Positions 34,807-45,470 of a DNA stretch of 64,000 nt are shown one piece after another (the stretch's first letter is position 1; each line of letters opens with the position of its first letter). Made by a program: the position numbers and the translations under genes. The notes under the pieces are model-generated. The model searched no databases. It was not told the origin of the DNA and was given only the letters and a program-made list of their open reading frames with translations. This DNA comes from Eimeria praecox. Lineage: Eukaryota. The stretch covers positions 2,170,001 to 2,234,000 of the forward strand of contig OY986949.1 in the NCBI GenBank assembly GCA_963920595.1, written 5' to 3'.

Positions 34807-35508
34807 ATGGAAAGGCCTAATGAGGCCAGCTCTCCACAGGAGGCGGTGGCGCTAGAGCTGCCGCAGGCAGCTAAGGGGTGCAAACGGGCGGCAACGCAGA
34901 AGCCGCAGCGGCGAAAGAAGGCAAAGCCTGACACATTAATTGTTAATTCCACAGGCATTGAAGAGCCGGCCCCTCGAGATGTGGTTCTTGCGTATATGCG
35001 TCAACAGAACAGACCGTACAACCTTCAGCTGGTGAGCCGCGAGGTTCTGTTGCCTTAGAGAACAGCTGTAGATACAGCTTTTCTCAAACAGATATTTGAT
35101 AACCTGAAAAGGTGTATAAAGAAACCGGATCTTGAGCGTCTACTTGAACACCTTGTGGAAGAAGGATGCCTCATTTCTAAGGACCTCGGCAAGACGCGTG
35201 TAAGCGCGTAGTTAAGTGTTTTGTAGTTGTATTCTTCACTTTCTCTTTTTAATTATTATTGATGTTCTCAAAATGCATGCACTCAGGTCTTCATGTACTC
35301 CCAAAGCCAGTTTGGGGCTTCTATAGCTGAAAGCGGAGATATTTCTGCTGAAATCAAGCGTAAGGGCTATCACCACGGGCTAAACGTTTTCTTTTCTTTC
35401 CTCTCCCTTCCCCCTCCCTCTGTCAATTATGATTGTATCAGAGTTGCGAGAAGAAGTCAAAGAGCTAGAACGTAGGTATATCTATGCTACTTGACACCGC
35501 AAAACCCT

Positions 35509-35568
<60 letters not shown>

Positions 35569-35696
35569 TGTAAACGCAGAGTTTGTTAAAAAGCAAACTG
35601 CACTGCAGCAACGCATGCAAGAAATCCGCGATCGCGGAGCCTTACTCGAGAGCCTCAGCGCGAAAGTTGCTGCAGGTGCGTCTCTTACAGCCCCTG

Positions 35697-35780
<84 letters not shown>

Positions 35781-36119
35781 GCATATATATCTGTATATAT
35801 ATTGATGTCTAAATACGTACAAATTCCTATGTGTGCACTGATGACATGCACAACAGCTGAGGCAGAGCGAGACGCCAAAGAAGAAAAGCGAGCAGCAAGC
35901 AATGTTGGAGAGGTGGTGACAGCAGAAGAAGTTTCTGCTGCAGAGCATCTTCATGCCAAACTCCACGCTGCCTGGGCTTTGCAGAAACGCCGCTGTCTTC
36001 AACTCCTAAACCTCCTCTCTGAGAGGGCACAGACGGATTCAAAACAGCTGCAAGAAGAGCTTGGTCTTGAGAGAGACGAAGACTTCATTCCCCCCGAGGC
36101 CTATTCAAAATACGATTAA
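34807..36119 (+). CDS. HOP2: HOP2/TBPIP (PSMC3IP) meiotic recombination factor, 6 exons (34807-35031, 35092-35199, 35287-35359, 35442-35471, 35580-35675, 35857-36119), ~264 aa
   Basis: Winged-helix signature VLAYMRQQNRPYNLQLIFDNL...LEHLVEEGCLISKDLGKTRVFMYSQ, a central coiled coil, and C-terminal AWALQKRRC...LQEELGLERDED. All exon phases are consistent. Confidence 0.92.
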
Positions 36120-36495
36120 AACCAACACACTTTAATAACACAAAACCAAACACAAACACAGGAGACAAAAACAAAGAAGCCTTCGGCTTCTTTGCCTGTC
36201 ACCTATCACCCATTCTCCTTCGCTGCACAGCAGCAAGTGTATGTACGTATGAGGAGGGCTCGTTCAACGAGTTGCTTATTAGAAAGAAACAGACGAAATG
36301 CATGCAGCCTTCTCACTAGTCTGCATAGACATATAAACATCCAAACACGATGGCTGCAGCCGTCAAAATCTTTCTCTCCCTGTAATGCCAATATACGATT
36401 TCTGTTTCTATCATTGCTGCAACTTCACAGCCCCTCATTTATTCCATGCAGCACTTATGCCCCCGGGCTGCAACGGACAGCTAGATACGTTCAAC

Positions 36496-36539
<44 letters not shown>

Positions 36540-36655
36540 GGGCGCCGATGCAGTGGCGGATGGATGAGTAGAACAAATGATATGGAGAAAGCGGCTCAAT
36601 AAATGCAGCTGCTTCGTACCAGCAAAACAAATTCATCTTCTTGTATCTAACACAT

Positions 36656-38677
36656 CTATGAAATCGTTTCATAGCCGCTGAGCCCCCCTAACACCTCATG
36701 ACGTGGTGTGTTTGCTGTTGGTGTGTGAGTTTGTGTGTCATTGAATTCTATGTTGTCTGTCCAATCCCACGGTGTGCCGCCGCCTACTACATTGCTTTGT
36801 GCGAATTCTCCTGCTGCTCCTCTGGTGGGATTGAAAGCCCTAACAAACTTCCTGCATGCATTTACTGCCCCCGTAGAAAATGCGAGAACCTGCCGTGTGG
36901 TGAAGTCAACAGTCTGAGGCAGCCACACACTAACTAGACGCCGACCGGGAGAGGAATACAACCCCCGCAGCTCACGCCGTGGCACTTTAGTAGTAGTCCC
37001 TGAAAACCCAACACCCTCCCCTCCTACAATTTTGTCTGTTGGGGGATCTGTATACTTCGTTGCGAGCTGAAACCCTCTCGTATCATCCGTCTTCGGGATG
37101 CATGTGGCCTCTGCTAAAGCCTTCACGCAGCTGTCGTATGAATTCACGTTTCCAGTAGACGTTGCGTCTTCTCCTAATTGCCTTTCATCTGGTAAAGGAG
37201 CATATTGCATCTTTGTTTCTTTCCAATCTTTGATTGCATAAATAAGCCATGCAAAAACCAAACAGCAAAGACCCACGCGAACGCAAAGCACCAGCAAACG
37301 CAACAGCCCCTGCCATGCTCCTTCATTGTCTCCCCCTGATCCCGATCTTATATTAACAGGGTTCTGTTGAATCTCTGACTTCCTAGAACTTTGCTGCTCT
37401 GTGCTGCTTGAAGGCGGCTTCTCTGCTCCAGCAGAGGCAGCCAACGCCGGCTCGCTGCTACTGTCCTTCTTCATTGCTGGCTCCCCAGTGGAGGCCGATG
37501 AGATATTCGTCTTGTCCTTCCCTTCCGTATTAGCATTTAACAGCGCTTTCCCTGAAAACAGGGCAGGGGATGCTGCATTTGCCGCAATTGTTGTTGAACC
37601 GGTGTAATCGACGACTGTAGGACACGCCGCTGGCGTCGTCATCACCATGTTGAATCTGCAAGGATCCGGGTGTTCGCAGAGGTCGAACGTGGTTGCTGAT
37701 GCTGCCCGGCCGCCTGCACCAGCCCTAGGACACTTAAGAACGACGTGTGTATGAAGGGATGAATCGGGACAGAAAATATGTACATGATGCATGTGCGCCT
37801 GCAGACCCTCAAATGGATCGTCTGTATTTAGGGGCTCCCAAGGAGTGGGATCATCAGTAATTTCCGGCTGAGACCACAGGGCACCAATCCCATTGCTATC
37901 AGGATGCTGTTGTTTATTCTTGTCTCGATAAGAATACAACAAAGTAGTATTGGCAGCAAGTACATTTTGCAGGCATTCTGTGGTGTCGGCCTCCTCTTCT
38001 CCCTTCTGGGCTGCCGAGGTTGTTGAGGGTGAGGAAGGCTCCTTTAATAGATCTGCCAAGAGACGTTGGATTTCTTCATGTGGGTCGTTAGGTGTCTTCA
38101 GCCTCGCTGCAAATTTAAACAGACGGCCACGAGAACCGTGGCAAGTATGGGGCAACAGTCTGCAAGGGTTGAAAGCAAAGAAGACATGCTTATTCTTGTG
38201 CTTGTGTAGTTTGTTGGTTTGTGGTTTCTCTTCCAAATCTTTGTCATTTCCAAACATTAATGACAACATACTTCTAAAGAAAGGAGGATACTCGTCTAAT
38301 TCAAAGAGAGGTTCTGATGCCTTGCAGGCCCAACCGGTAGGTGGAGCCCCCTGAACGATCTGTTTGAGGTCGTAGGTGGCCAACGCATGTATTTCAGGGA
38401 ACCGCACTGTAATAGATTTGTACGAACTACAGGTGGCTTCCCAGAGGTGAGCATCAGCACCTGCTTGTTCAAGAGAATTCGCATAAGACTCTTCTCCGTG
38501 GCCTCCTGTGATGCCGTTGCCCCCATTCTCTGCATATGCAACGGCCGCATGTGTGTGCGTGAAAGGCCCCTTCATGTGACAGAGGCATAGAAGAGGTTGT
38601 GCAAGCATCAGCACGACTGGAAGACCAGCCAGCGCTGCTGAGAAGCCGAGGGGACTGCCGCGGAAGGCCATCGTCAC
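36656..38677 (-). CDS. Type I membrane protein with a mannose-6-phosphate-receptor homology (MRH) domain, ATG27/CD-MPR-like, intronless, 673 aa
   Basis: Signal-like N-terminus; MRH-type motifs TYDLKQI, FFAFNPC, HVVLKCP and DPCRFNMVMTTPAAC; S/T-rich stalk; TM at ~37233-37310; cytosolic YAPL and terminal GYETIS tyrosine motifs. Confidence 0.75.
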   Translation of the reverse strand: MTMAFRGSPLGFSAALAGLPVVLMLAQPLLCLCHMKGPFTHTHAAVAYAENGGNGITGGHGEESYANSLEQAGADAHLWEATCSSYKSITVRFPEIHALATYDLKQIVQGAPPTGWACKASEPLFELDEYPPFFRSMLSLMFGNDKDLEEKPQTNKLHKHKNKHVFFAFNPCRLLPHTCHGSRGRLFKFAARLKTPNDPHEEIQRLLADLLKEPSSPSTTSAAQKGEEEADTTECLQNVLAANTTLLYSYRDKNKQQHPDSNGIGALWSQPEITDDPTPWEPLNTDDPFEGLQAHMHHVHIFCPDSSLHTHVVLKCPRAGAGGRAASATTFDLCEHPDPCRFNMVMTTPAACPTVVDYTGSTTIAANAASPALFSGKALLNANTEGKDKTNISSASTGEPAMKKDSSSEPALAASAGAEKPPSSSTEQQSSRKSEIQQNPVNIRSGSGGDNEGAWQGLLRLLVLCVRVGLCCLVFAWLIYAIKDWKETKMQYAPLPDERQLGEDATSTGNVNSYDSCVKALAEATCIPKTDDTRGFQLATKYTDPPTDKIVGGEGVGFSGTTTKVPRRELRGLYSSPGRRLVSVWLPQTVDFTTRQVLAFSTGAVNACRKFVRAFNPTRGAAGEFAQSNVVGGGTPWDWTDNIEFNDTQTHTPTANTPRHEVLGGLSGYETIS

Positions 38678-41600
38678 GGGGTCACTGTCTTTGCCTCAAT
38701 CAACGGATGCTTTCGAACTCCTGTGCTGACACTTATCTTAAGAAATGCTTTCGGAAGCTGTCAAATGACATCCTCGAAAATGGAGCTTCGGAAGGCCGGC
38801 GAGCCGGGCCGACACAGCCGAGCCGCCAAGGGGGCAGGTGCGACTTGTGACGGCCCAGAAGATCAGCACGTACAAGTTACACTAATCTGCACGACAGAAG
38901 TTAAGCACTTCTTCCAAAATGCGATTACACCAGATTTATATTGGCGCCTCTACGAAGAGAGTATGATGTGCGCTGTGCGAAGACCACTGGACGAAGCTTG
39001 GGGCAATGAAGTCCCAGCTTTAGAAAGGTTCTGTACGATATTCTTAAAATTTATTACAATAAACCATCTCCTCGTCTCAAAAACCTCAGAAATAAGCAGA
39101 CTTCGAGCTCTAGAACTGACGGCTCGTCAACGTGTCTGGCTTCCTCCGCTGCTAGGCAGCAGCCCATTCGAGTGTCACGAGATTCGGCCCCTGCTGAAAT
39201 ACACAAGGCTTCCTCTTGGCACTGATCCATTTGAATTAAAAAATCAAATAACATTTCAGAAATAATTAACTCTCTCGCCTGATCGGCCCATCTGGTGTTC
39301 ATCCAACCAGATTCGTTAATTCGTTCAGAAGGGTGACCAACACGCGCCCTTAAGCCATGTCCTGAAAAGGGAAACAGCACTTATTGCATCTGCTTCTTGC
39401 CCCTACACATTCTAAAATGAGCTCCAATGGCTTAACGCCTATCCTGTTAATTGTTTCAATCTCTCTTCGCTAGGATTCTGAAGCTCAGCAAAGGTGAGTT
39501 CAACTTCCCTCGGTTAGATCACCGCAACAAGCTCGTGGTGAACAGAGTTCGTTCAGGTTCTAATTAACAGAATATGTTTGTTTGTTGTGGGTTACTTGAG
39601 AAATAGGCTTTAGAATAACCTTCTGTGCCAGAAGGGCCATTGTGTTTCACGCATTTGAACGCTAGGCAGAGAACACCTCCAGCCAGCTGAATATATGAAA
39701 AGTATCATCCACCTCACTAAATCGTTGGGTTTATAACGTGCAAACATGGCAAACTGCCACGCAGTTTCGTAGACTTACGGGAAGAACCCCTAAAACTCTT
39801 CTAATGAGCGTAGGCCACACCTGGCCTCCACCCCTTCATCCTCCTACCTGTGCTCTTTCAAATGGACTGCCATCTGGTCGTGCAGCGTCCCCGCAGTCAG
39901 ATCCATCAAACTTCACTGCAGGCAACTCAGGCAAGACTGTGGCTGCATATGAATACAGTGTCCTTTCTGGCTGCCGTTGACAGCTGTAGAGACTGCCAGA
40001 GCTATATTGGCTTCCTCGCTTAACCTGTTACGGTTTGTTAAACACAAACATAAATTTGTATAGATTCCCTTCTGCTTCTTTGATTCACCTACATACAGAA
40101 GCACCGTAGAAGTGCCTGCCTCCATTCATGCTTCATGCTCATGCCGAAGTAAGGCAAGACATAGTCTGCAGTCCAAATGCTAACCGCATAGATAAAAGCG
40201 AAACACAGCATACTTACTTTACTTCGCCGTCTCATTCATTTCGCCTGCCATTACTTTGATGCCGAAAATCCAGTAGCTCCTGCTCAGAGCAAGGGGAAAA
40301 CTCAGCTCCCCCTTAACCCACTACAGCAACAACAACGTATGTCACACTACACCTAGGACGATGGATGTCACGCTGGCCACTGCAAACCCACCTGTTTCAG
40401 TGAGAGGCACCAATCGAAACTGCCTATTACAGCCCAAGGAATAAACATGCATACAAACAGTCCGTACCAAGAAGTAAGTAATGGAATTCTAACCATGTGA
40501 ACGGCAAAAATCAATACGTCGAAGAAGTTTGGTGTTCCAGAGCACGAAGAGAATGGTGTCTCAACTAGTTCTGTTCGGCAGAATAGGCTCATCGTCACTC
40601 AGCTCTGCCATCTCCCGAACAAATCCTGCGGCCCCGAAGTCCCCGAGAACGCTAAATTCGTTACTGAATTACTCTACCCACTTAACTGTTTACTGGTTCC
40701 CCCGGACGGCACAGCGCCTGGGCTGAGTTATCTGATGGAACCAAGCTTCCTGTTTAAATCAAATCTTATGTGTAGGCACCCTTCTTACTCTGCAAAGCGG
40801 TCCCACAGCACTTGCGAAGTCGTCCAGAGACGATGGCCTCGCCCTGTACCTGCACGCTGTACATCGGATTATCACCCACCGATGGGCGACACACTTCCCG
40901 CTCTCTCATCATATTACCCTTTGTTCTTACAAATGCGGCTACTGCGATAACATTCTCTACTGTGACCACATACGCGTCCCTTTAAGGCTCCCTTGTATCC
41001 ATTAAAAGCTCTCACGGCTTGTGCTGCTCCAATGTACGACCTTCCTTCCTTCCTGTCAAGCAGCGTACCCATTCCTCTCTTAACTGTCACCAAACCCCTT
41101 TCTAGCGCTGCTCCGAGAGGCTTCTAAGGTTGCTGTTTACTCCTGCCTCTGCTGTTGGTTCGTTACCCCTCAATACAGCGCTTCTACGCAACCGCTCTCC
41201 AGGCACTCCCATCATCATGCTGCCTACTTCACAGTCCGTTTTCGCACCCCGCCCTTTCAGATGCAAATCACCATCTATCCACATACACTTTATTGCAAGA
41301 AATTGACCTTCTCCAACAAACAGATTCCCAGCCAGATCTGAAGTGTCTCTGGAAGCTTCTTGGTGTACACAATCACGTATGCGCCTTTGGTCGCAACTGC
41401 GCCCCACAACCACTCAAACATACTACTGCTTACACCAGAATGTGCCGAAATCTCACTGTTTGCCTGCCTTTCCAAACCCTCAGCGGCTGCGAGTCTGCAT
41501 AAATTCCTACTACTGCTGACCAGCCTGATCCTCCACCGTTGTGCGCTACTACGTCCCTAAGTTGTGTATATACCCAGTACAAGCGACCTGCTCCGCACTC

Positions 41601-42842
41601 CTGGGGAGGCTAACACTAGTTCACTCAAAACATCTCTCCCATGTGTAGCTGCTGTTCACCATGCACCCCTCAGCTGCTAACAGTTCGCCAGAACACCACA
41701 GCTACGCAACTGCAGCAGACAACTACAATATTGCAGACCTGCGTCATTTTTTCTGCTGAATAAGCAAACCTGCAGGAATGACATTTCTTCCGTGAAGCAC
41801 ATGGTGCGATGCGGCGACATGCGAAGCCTCCTGCACTCACGCGTCACTAACAACAAAGCCACACGCTCTTTAGGGGCTCATCTGATGCACTAGGGAATCT
41901 GAACTAACAAAGTTTGTTCATACACCCAAAGCAGTTCAACAGACGAACCTCACCAGCCTCCAACAAGCCATTAACCCAAGCAACCACCCAAAGCAGTGAG
42001 GGAAAAGCTCCGCACAGTTCTTAAAATGGGTCCTGGTAGGGGAAACCCTTGAAAGAGTTGAAAGCAAGTCTGCAGACACAAGATGGAGGCACAGTTAATG
42101 CCTCACTGCACACAACATGTAACACCCGTCAATGCGCTCCCAGCTGCATCAACATGGCACTGCGAAACCCACAAGCCCTTTCATGCGTTCCTCGTCGCCT
42201 CGACTGCTCCCTCTACAATCCGTTGAAATCACATTCGGCGACGAGCTCCCACATCGGCCTCTTCGAGCCCTCAAAAAGTTTGCTACGTGAGGTAATCACA
42301 AAGATCCGCTGGATCGGGTAAGCTGTGTACACCTCAGCGGGAAAGTTTGTCCCAGAAATGGTGCGCATTGCCCAAAACAGGGAACTTCCCTCTGAGGGAC
42401 GCTCAAACAGAGTCAGATTGTTCTTCGAGTAAGCTTCTGCGTCAATACTACTTTCCCGGCGGGCCACCAATGGATCAACCATATGGCGCCCTTCACAGCA
42501 CGACGAAATCCTAGCCGTAGCCAGGTGAAAAGCACTCCTTACAGAGCGAATTCGATGGTCCCACCCACGCACTGTGCTGCATTGCCATCCCACTTCCCGC
42601 GCGCCAAATTTGCAGCACAAGATGCACCTTCGGGCCCCTCAGCTTTTGCTCTCCTCGTCGAGCAAATGCCCTTCTTCACACTGTGCGCGCGGCCGATGTA
42701 ATTCTGCACAACAACCTCAGGAGCGAGATGAGACGGCTGTGGGGTAGGCCTGCAGGCCCTATCCCCCTTACAACCTTCTGCAGCGTCCCGCACCCCAGGA
42801 AGTGATCAAGCCATCAGGGAAGCTATTGGCTTCGGCATTGCC

Positions 42843-45470
42843 CTAGTGCAGGGAAAAAGATATCTGCGGCAAGCGCACCTGCTTCCTCTTGCACCTTGCA
42901 TGGTCATGAACCGTTCGCTTAATGCCTCCAACAGAGTCTGTAGTGTGGGTTTCCCGTTGCCCACACCGTGTCCCATCGGCGCTGTCCGAAGTTTTTATTG
43001 CGCCTGGGGCCACAAGGGCCACGAAATCCAGAAACACCGCAGCTAGTTCACGCTCTTCCACACATAATCCCAAGTAGCTGTTCTGCGCCTCAGCAACCGC
43101 CTCCACCCCAATGGTGCTCGCACATACGGCGTAGCACTGCGCCAACGCCCTTCGTGCCCCCCCTCCTGAATCGATGCACGGAGCCGCCTGGGTTTTGAAA
43201 GTCCTACGCAAACCCCTGCGCTTGCTTTTGTGGGCCCCTGAATATTGCCAGCTCCTGTCTCTGAACTTCGTCTCCCCATGGCTTCCCAGCTGTTGCTGTT
43301 CGCATGAGGGTATGCTGCTGTCCGGCACTTCGGAGGCCTTCATCCCCCCGCGGGCCGCCCAAAGATAGGGCAGTGGTGGAAGGCAGTCGGCTGAACTGCC
43401 GGTACTGCTCATCTCCTTCCCGACGGCTGGCATATCTTGATTCCCACTCGACACAAAACCCTCAAAACTGTCACAAGGAGAAGACAGAAGTGAAGCAAGC
43501 CTGATGCGTCTTTCATTAGCGGCCCACGTCTCGCCTACAGACTCGTGCTTAATATCGCCTGCGATGCTTGGCCTCCTCGGCGCCTCCATCCCGTCAGTCG
43601 CATCCGCAGCCGCTGGAATCAGTGGGCCTTCCGGAGCCTCCACCAAGGGGCACTCCTCCTTCAGCAACGCTGTCAACGCAACTTCTGCTTGAGGGCTCCT
43701 TCCTTTTAAAGCAGCGTTATTCGGCCGCTCCTCCGCTCTGCTTGCATCCCTCACCGAGGGAGGGGCATGATCCGTTGCATCATACGAAGGTCCTAATGAC
43801 TCCGCTGCAAATTCTCTGGCCTCAAATGGCTCACAATCACTGATATAGCTCGATGGGATACTTAGATGTCTGGAGAGAAGAAGGGATTTGAATGCCCCAA
43901 CATGGATGCTGCCGCCGTCGGTGAATTCACAACCGCTGCTGGTTGTACACGGCTCCCGCGCTTGTTCAGACAGAACGGATGCTGGGCACTGGGCTGACTG
44001 CCGCAGAACCGATTCCTTACTCCACGGAGCCCTTGTTTGTGTCCCCAAGGCTTCCGTCCCGTCTGTTTCCCTGAGGTGGGCGCGGAGACCTAGTTTCTGG
44101 GAGGCAGAAGAACACGATGCCTGTGAAACAAATGAAGATAGTTTGGTTCCATGTAGCTTCGTACCATCCTTCTCCCGCTCAAACCTGCCGTCGTGCGAAT
44201 TGTCCGCGTGTGGTGATCCACCCTCCACATGTTCGCAGCACGTAGAGGCTAGACCACCCCGTAACGTGGAGCCCCCAGAAGACCGGTCAGCCAGAGTCAC
44301 AGTGACGCGCAATAATACATAACGAGACCTCCACCAACCGCTGCACGGCCTGCTCTGCTGCTTGCGGCACTGCTGGCAGCCAGCACCACCTACTGCCATG
44401 GTCGGCAAGCCTCTGCACAGGTCTGGCGGAGTATTCCGAGCGGTGACCCGGCTGACTTCTGAAGCAACCGCCCGTACGACCCCAGTGTGTGAGCAATAGT
44501 AAAGTGTAAATGCCTCCCATTCCTCCCGCACCACGTACACAACTGAGTCTGGCTGGCTCCCTCCATCCCCCACGCAATCCCCTATTAACGACCCCTTCTC
44601 CATAGCCTTCAATGCATTCTCCCGAGTCTCCTCAAAGCCGTTGTGGCCCTGCCTTGAGATGCGCTTTAAAGTTTCCTGAGCCAATCGGTCTGCATCACAA
44701 CTGGCCTCTGCCACTTTCTCACCAGATTCAACGCCGGGTTCGAGTAAGCATGCTCCTCGCTCGTTATCCCTGTTTACTGCAGCTGCTGGAGCGCACCTGC
44801 TGGAAGTGAAAACTCTTATGTGTCTCCCCGACTCTTCAAAAGGCTTTCCGGGGTACGTATCCCCTGTACCTCTCTCTGTACACCTTTCGCTCTCTCTCTT
44901 AGGGGAGCTTGCTGCTGCTTGGGAGGAACTTACAGCAGCCACGGAGTCATCGTACAAGCTTTCGATTGAGCTTTTCATGAGCAACGCAGCGCAGTTCTGT
45001 GGCAGCATTGGAAGCAGCCGCCTCACCAAATCCTCCCTGGATGGCAGCACACCAGCAGTAAGTGCTCCATCCTCCGTGGTGCGCCATGCTCTCCCCTGGT
45101 ACGGCTTTTTGCTCTCTCCCGAAACTTCTGTACAACGTTCCTTCCCCCCATCTCCAAAAGGTTCGAAATCTTCTTGGCAATCACCATCTCTGGCCGTTGA
45201 AGCTCGCTGATACCATACCGACGAGCCCGCCTCTGCGTCCCGTTCAGGCAAGCCATGCCACTCCAAGGTCTCCCGGCCAGTTTTCGAGAATTCTCCATGA
45301 AGCCCAAGCCTACGCGGCTCCCCAACCTTAGGTTCATGCATCAGATCTTCCCCGAACCACTGGAAAATCTTATCGTGTTCGGCAGAAAACTCCGTCCCCT
45401 CCGAAGACACCGCCTGAGCATATGCACACTCGAGAATCCAATCCCTCGCCGAACATGGCAACAGTGGCAA
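42843..45470 (-). CDS. Large exon of a multi-exon hypothetical gene (gene probably extends ~41.2-46.4 kb)
   Basis: 2.6-kb open frame, with a probable donor (AAGCAG/GTGCGC) near 42879. Flanking minus-strand ORFs at 45492-45938, 42539-42793, 42213-42620 and 41102-41413 end in or contain donor-like GT sites. No domain recognised. Confidence 0.7.
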   Translation of the reverse strand: MPLLPCSARDWILECAYAQAVSSEGTEFSAEHDKIFQWFGEDLMHEPKVGEPRRLGLHGEFSKTGRETLEWHGLPERDAEAGSSVWYQRASTARDGDCQEDFEPFGDGGKERCTEVSGESKKPYQGRAWRTTEDGALTAGVLPSREDLVRRLLPMLPQNCAALLMKSSIESLYDDSVAAVSSSQAAASSPKRESERCTERGTGDTYPGKPFEESGRHIRVFTSSRCAPAAAVNRDNERGACLLEPGVESGEKVAEASCDADRLAQETLKRISRQGHNGFEETRENALKAMEKGSLIGDCVGDGGSQPDSVVYVVREEWEAFTLYYCSHTGVVRAVASEVSRVTARNTPPDLCRGLPTMAVGGAGCQQCRKQQSRPCSGWWRSRYVLLRVTVTLADRSSGGSTLRGGLASTCCEHVEGGSPHADNSHDGRFEREKDGTKLHGTKLSSFVSQASCSSASQKLGLRAHLRETDGTEALGTQTRAPWSKESVLRQSAQCPASVLSEQAREPCTTSSGCEFTDGGSIHVGAFKSLLLSRHLSIPSSYISDCEPFEAREFAAESLGPSYDATDHAPPSVRDASRAEERPNNAALKGRSPQAEVALTALLKEECPLVEAPEGPLIPAAADATDGMEAPRRPSIAGDIKHESVGETWAANERRIRLASLLSSPCDSFEGFVSSGNQDMPAVGKEMSSTGSSADCLPPLPYLWAARGGMKASEVPDSSIPSCEQQQLGSHGETKFRDRSWQYSGAHKSKRRGLRRTFKTQAAPCIDSGGGARRALAQCYAVCASTIGVEAVAEAQNSYLGLCVEERELAAVFLDFVALVAPGAIKTSDSADGTRCGQRETHTTDSVGGIKRTVHDHARCKRKQVRLPQISFSLH

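Noticed and set aside
38723..41100. Short ORFs considered as retrotransposon remnants
   Set aside because: No RT, integrase, protease or gag motifs, and no LTR pair seen.
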